DNA of 64,000 nt from Aplysia californica (Eukaryota), in NCBI RefSeq assembly GCF_000002075.1, contig NW_004797282.1, positions 168,590-232,589 of the forward strand, in the 5' to 3' direction. The notes below the pieces were generated by a model, which ran no database searches, was not told the DNA's origin, and worked only from the letters and a program-made list of their open reading frames with translations. Of the stretch, positions 58,459 to 64,000 are shown piece after piece (position 1 is the first letter of the stretch; each line of letters opens with the position of its first letter). The position numbers and the translations under genes are program-made.

Positions 58459-59019
58459 TAGGGGTGGGCAGATACCGTTACTGTACCGAAACTCCCAGTT
58501 CTACCGAAGGCGGTGTCAATGTTGGCTCTGGGAAGGAGCAGACATAGTTGTTGTTTTTTTACCGGGCCACGGGAAGTGTGCAGTGTGTAGGCCTAAGCTA
58601 AGGCCTAGTAGCTGTGACGTCAGATGCACAAGGCAGCGGGTAACCATGATACATGGACTTCAGATTCAAAATTGATAATCAAAAATGAAGTTTGCTTGAA
58701 TTTAAACGTGGCTTCAAATCAGGTTCTGCGCTAGCTACTTTGCTTACTTCGATACCCTGACTCCGAAAATGAAATCAATTTTTAGCGGTGATAATTATTT
58801 AAAAAATTCTGCATGCAAAGTTTAATCCCGTGCGACAGCAAACTTCAAAGATATTTTGCGTCACAGTTCGCCTCTCCAATTCTGACTTGTGGGGGGGTGC
58901 GGGCGGTGCTGATAGCGGTGTTAGACGCAAGATGCGAAGTCTGTGACGTCACATTACCGGTACTGGCGATTCTCGCAGAAAGTACCGACACTGGGTTTTG
59001 CCGGTACCTCAAAGCACTA
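58459..59019. mobile_element. hAT-like MITE
   Basis: TAG...CTA termini with TACCG/CGGTA subterminal motifs. Flanks TCATGCGG and CCATGCAG match at 6/8. Confidence 0.55.
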
Positions 59020-60479
59020 CCATGCAGGGGTGAGTCAGGTGGGCTCGTGTAACCTCATACTCTTGATGATGATGAATGGGTGTTCCCCCATCTTCAAGAC
59101 TGGTCAATGAAATTTAATTCGACCGTGAGTACAGGTTACATGTTATGACTTTGAGTGAGTGTCACATGTGTCGGTGATAAATGGTTATTGGGATCACGGA
59201 AAATCATTCCCACTTCTTGACTTCTAATGTGGGTTTTATGTGCGCTGAAGTGTCTTTTGACACTTATCAACAGCAAAGGAAAATGCTTCAGGGGTTTGGG
59301 GGAGAAGGTAAGGAGAAAAAACATTTTCGATGTACTTGAAGAGCTTGACATGATACGAGAGGATAAGATTTGGAATAAAAATTCTAGGATTAAAGCATTG
59401 TGCCGTATTCCGTATGACACTACTGTCGATTAAAATTGGATCTGTGATTTAGTATTTTTAAAATGCAGTATATTTACGCTGTCCGTGATACAGTGACTGC
59501 CAGATTTTCTGCTCTCCCTCAGTCCTACCAACTCCAGCACTCCGTACATAATACTCTTTTCCACTGTCAATGTTTTGTCTCCTGAATGGTTTCTTGAATG
59601 CATGAAGGCTGAAACCTAGAGAAATGGTTTTATCGCTTGATATTCTGTCCTTTCCACGGCCCCAAATTAAAATTTAATTTAAATAAAAAGAGAAAACTAG
59701 TCAAAATTGTGTGTGGCATACCTTAGTCGTACAGGACTCGCAAGTGCCCTGTTGGAATGTCATTGTGAGACAATGTTGCTTTAATAGATAAGTCTGTTGG
59801 TATGGGCTATGGGTTTGGAAGTGATTTTAGCAGTCATCCTGCGCACAAATCCACATTTCAAATGTATTAATTGATATGTGTTTTCAATGGCAGTCCATAA
59901 CTGTTTTTATTGTTAAAAAACACAATCCTGTTTCAACAATGATTTCTTCACTTATATAGTATATATAAATGTGCCACAACACAGTAGAATCGGGAGTTTG
60001 TCTATTTTTGACATGTAGAGTTTTGGGTGGAATCTTAGAGCTGTTTCATTTGTCTAGCTTTCAATTTTTAAAATACTCATCTGTCTTGAATAGCAGTTGA
60101 AATATTTGCGATTGAAGGAGGTAAGGGTTGCCTGGTTTCGGAGGTAAAATTAGCAAGAAAGTGGCCACGTAAGTTTTGTGACTTCCAAAGCTTCGGCCTT
60201 TGGAGACTATAGATTAAAAATTTTTTTCGTGTCTTTAATAATTTTTTCCCCCAGAAAAATCGACATAGAAATATGTTTTGGTAAAAATTATATATGGACG
60301 TAAAAAGCGTTGAGCTAAAATAGTCCCCCCAAAAAGTTAAATGCCCAATTAAATGCGATTCTTTGTGATTTCACTATTTTGAAGAGGGCCTGATTTCATC
60401 ATGGTGCCGCATATATGCACACACAAACACAAGGAAGTGGTTGGAGGGTGTGACTGGTCGGTCCTGCTTTTTTACTTTA

Positions 60480-60763
60480 CCTCTGTTGTTTCTGTTTGTC
60501 TTACCTTTTTCCAGCACTAAACGTTTTTTCTTTCCTCTTGCTTACTATCGTCCTTTTCCTCTACTCCTATGTTTGTCACTCTCTTGGGAACTGCTTTTTT
60601 CAGGGTGCCTTGATAGTCGAAGCAGACTTTGTACTGTTGAGGCTAGAGAGGTGACTAAGTAAGCCTGATTCCCCGTTTGGACTTTTCTGTTGACATCGAC
60701 CCCTCGGCGCTCGTATGACCTTTATGCAGTTGCGAGCACCGTAAAACCTTACTAAAACGAACT
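60480..60763 (+). mobile_element. SINE-like family B, 3' fragment
   Basis: GCAGACTTTGT.CTGTTGA.GCTAGAGAGGTGA... plus the shared tail. Confidence 0.7.
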
Positions 60764-62130
60764 AAATGACCATTATGTACACTCCTCCTTGCTCAAACAA
60801 AAACACATGCATTGATACACAAATACAGTTAACCCTATCCGTTGGTTGTGTTTTACTATCGTATCCATACGACGTGGGGAACTCTGTGCCACCACTTTCC
60901 AAAGAGGAAATTTACCCGTTATTCCGATTCGCACACTTTGCGTAGCAGTCTTGTCAAAATGATTTTTTGAGAAATACTGAAAGTTTCAAAGATATCGTCG
61001 TACTAAAAGCATTCTAAAATGTGAAGCCTCAAATGGAGTTATTGGTATCATCTTAAAGTCTGTCCATTTGCCTTGCTTTTGATGAAAAATATATCCATTT
61101 GTCTTGGATACAAGTGAAGACTGGTTTCATAGTTAATATTAGCGAAAAAATTGTCGCCAAAGTTAAGTTGTGGGTAGTTGGCGGGTGCTCTGGTGTGGTG
61201 TGCTTCTTCTTTCCTATCAAACTTCTATTGTTAAATCTCTCCTTCTTTGTTGTGTTTGTTACTCTCTTGTAACACCTAATATTTGGCACTTATATGACCT
61301 TATTGTGTTGCAAGTGCTGTAAAACACAACTACTAAAAAAACAAATGTTTAGTTATTTCCATATCTTGAGTGTCCATGGAAACTGAAAATTTACATGTTT
61401 TGTGCATTTAATCAATGTTTTTCAGTAAAATCCACACAGAAATGTGTTCTTTAATTTACTTGAAAGGTGTTGAGCCAAAAAAAAAAAATCCAATAAAAAC
61501 TGCCTATCCTGCGGGAAAATGACTGTTTCTTCACTTTCATGATTTTGACGAGCGCTTGATTTCACCAAGCTGCCTCGTATATATATTAGTATTAATAGAA
61601 GCAAGCTCTGCTCAAACGCAACTATTTGTACTGGGGGTAATCATTGTTTTACCCCTTCTCTTCTTTGTCTTTCCTGATTTTTTGCCAAAATACCTAAAAT
61701 TGACCCTAATTCTACGTAAAGTGGGATATTTGAGGGAGGCTGCCTTGGTTCCGTTTTTCAGTTTCCAGTTGCAGTCTGCTGTTTGAAGAGGCGCAAAGTT
61801 TTGTTAAATGGCACCAATATTTTTTTAATCTAAAAAGCTTAGCTAAATCACTAGATATGTGCCAGTCAGATACTGGTGCTGGTCCATGGGGTCTCGCTTA
61901 CCGTAAGTCAGTTTGATTAATTCATATGGCAGCTGAAGTCATTTTTGTTTTTAAATTAAGAAGATGAATATTTAGAGAGATTTGCTTTTGGCCAGTACAT
62001 GTTTTATGTTACTGTTGTATTGTAAAGCACTCAGAGCCTGTGTATACTTTAATCGGGACTGAGCACTGCTATATAAATGTCATTCATTATTTATTATTAT
62101 ATAAAATTAACTCATAAAGAAATAAAAGCA

Positions 62131-62532
62131 ACCCCTCGGGGCGGTACTACTGACCGAAGTGTCTTTGGGCCTTTCCCAAAGAGGGGATATTTATTGTTCT
62201 AATGCACAGTAGATGGGCTGATCCAACAATATCATGCTCATAACTGTGCCTGAACTACAACAGGGAACTGCTGCTTTTTCTTTCCTAATCCTTACTATCA
62301 TCATTTTTCTCTACTTCTTTTGTTTGTCACACTCTTGTGACCCGCTATTTCCGGGGTGCCTTGATAGTTAAAGCAGACTTTGTGCTGTTGAAGCTAGTGT
62401 AGAGAGGTGAGCAGAGTAAGTCTGATTCCCTGTAAGGACTTCTCTGTTGACATCCACTTGACCCCCCCCTTGGCGTTCATACGACCTTTAGCTGTTGCGA
62501 GCGCCGTAAAACCTCTACTAAAACTAAAACTA
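62131..62532 (+). mobile_element. SINE-like family B copy
   Basis: Collinear with 55218-56781 (minus the insertion) and with 28281-28680. Tail GCGAGCGCCGTAAAACCTCTACTAAAAC. Confidence 0.8.
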
Positions 62533-64000
62533 AGAAATAAAAGCAATTTTTCATCATGAAAAGAGTGATTCTGACTGAAAATAGTTCGGGCTACTTTTAA
62601 TGGTCTATAATCTTAAGTGATAACTCAGAACCTTACATCAGGTCTTGGGATGATAAAATAGCAGTTTATTATTATCTGAAACCATAAAAATTATACAGTA
62701 CCGGTTTAGTTGAAAATCTACCACGATATTTGTGGTTTAGTTGAAGGTCTGCAATGGGACCGTTCTGATACATGTACATGTTCATTTTATGGTCTGCCAG
62801 TTGAGACAGGCTTTGGGTTTGTGACATTATGATTGATCAGTATTCATTTTCCCTTTATGTTTATATAGGGTTAAGACTGTGATTGGCTATATAATTGTTA
62901 TATATTATTATTAAATGTTTTGGGGTTTTGTTGTTTGTCATTGGAGAGTGGGTGAAGTTGAGGGGGAAGGGGGGCTGAGAGACTTATGAAAATAGTTCAC
63001 TTGCTGTTGCGACTTGCTGTTCAATCATGACGTTTACCTCTGAAAAATTCTTTAACGTAAATGACAACAGGAAGAAATCCACTTGCCCAATTGCTGCAAT
63101 TGTATAACGCCACTGACTAGTCTAAATGCGTGGTGAAATCAGGCTCTTTTCAAGAACGATGAAATCAAAGAAACCGCCATTTTTCTGAACGTAGGGCAAT
63201 TTTTTAGAATTTTATTTTATTTCAACACCTTTTATGTCCTTATGAAAACATATTTTTGTGTGGATGTTACTGAAAAACGTTCGTTCATGAAAGGCACGAA
63301 AAATATAGATGTACAGTTTCCAAGGACACTCAAGCTTTGGAAGTCTCCAAACTTTGGCGGGCCTTTTCTCGCTGTTTTTATCTCTGTCAGGCGGCCCCTG
63401 CCTCCTTCATTCGCAAATATCTCGACCTCTATTCGAGATAGTTGGGTATTTTTTCACCAAATGCAGGGCAGATGAATATACTTTAAGATGATTTTGATAA
63501 CTCTTTATGCCCAAAAGTTGACGAACTCCTGGTTCCACTGCGCTGTGACACATTTTATAAATTATTATGTAACTGAACTCTTGTTTACCTTTGCATTACC
63601 TTAGTAGCTCCCGTGAGCCACCAAACCACTGGTGCAGTTATATAAACATTTTTCAGGAGCAACATTGCTTTGTATTTTTTTTACTTTAGAGAATCATTGG
63701 TGTGGTTCAAATCTTAGAAGAAAGGGCGATAAAGATCTTCGTCTTTCTCTTGAACACTTTTTTTTTTTTTCAACCCTTGTTTTCGTTCTTCGCCCATAAA
63801 GATCACCCTTTTGTTCAGCTTCCTATGCACACTACAACCTTATAAAGACCAGGGCTGGCTGCTGACTCCAGCTTTGACACACTTGCCTCACTTGAAATGA
63901 AAGCAAAGATTTTATTATTATATCCTTTAGTTTTAATTCAGGCCTGCTTGCCATTAAGGAATTGGGGTTATGTAGATTATGTAGTTTTTATTCAATTGCA

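Overview
AT-rich, intron-rich animal genomic DNA. An invertebrate, probably a mollusc, is inferred from the TTAGGG repeats, Deu/Nin-like SINEs and gene structures. I reconstructed two convergent multi-exon genes by hand. (1) A FAM151/menorin-like type II membrane protein on + (6 coding exons, 8924-17493, 538 aa), whose putative catalytic residues appear substituted. (2) SCP2/SCPx, thiolase plus SCP2 domain with PTS1 'ARL', on - (18 coding exons, 51159-23426, 532 aa). The rest is dense with transposons: a frameshifted full-length mariner, RTE LINE fragments, two SINE families, and Tc1/mariner-, piggyBac- and hAT-like MITEs. The most unusual signals are: three 25-46 bp palindromic CA..TG inserts with 8-bp target duplications that match the geometry of P-element excision footprints (one duplicated an ETS site in the FAM151 promoter); nests of 9-bp-TSD (MULE-like) foldback elements with a shared terminal motif upstream of SCP2; a MITE with a telomeric-repeat core; a candidate internal SCP2 promoter; and TAGATCTA tracts that follow putative TSSs. 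All coordinates were counted manually. Splice models are not transcript-verified, and no database searches were run.
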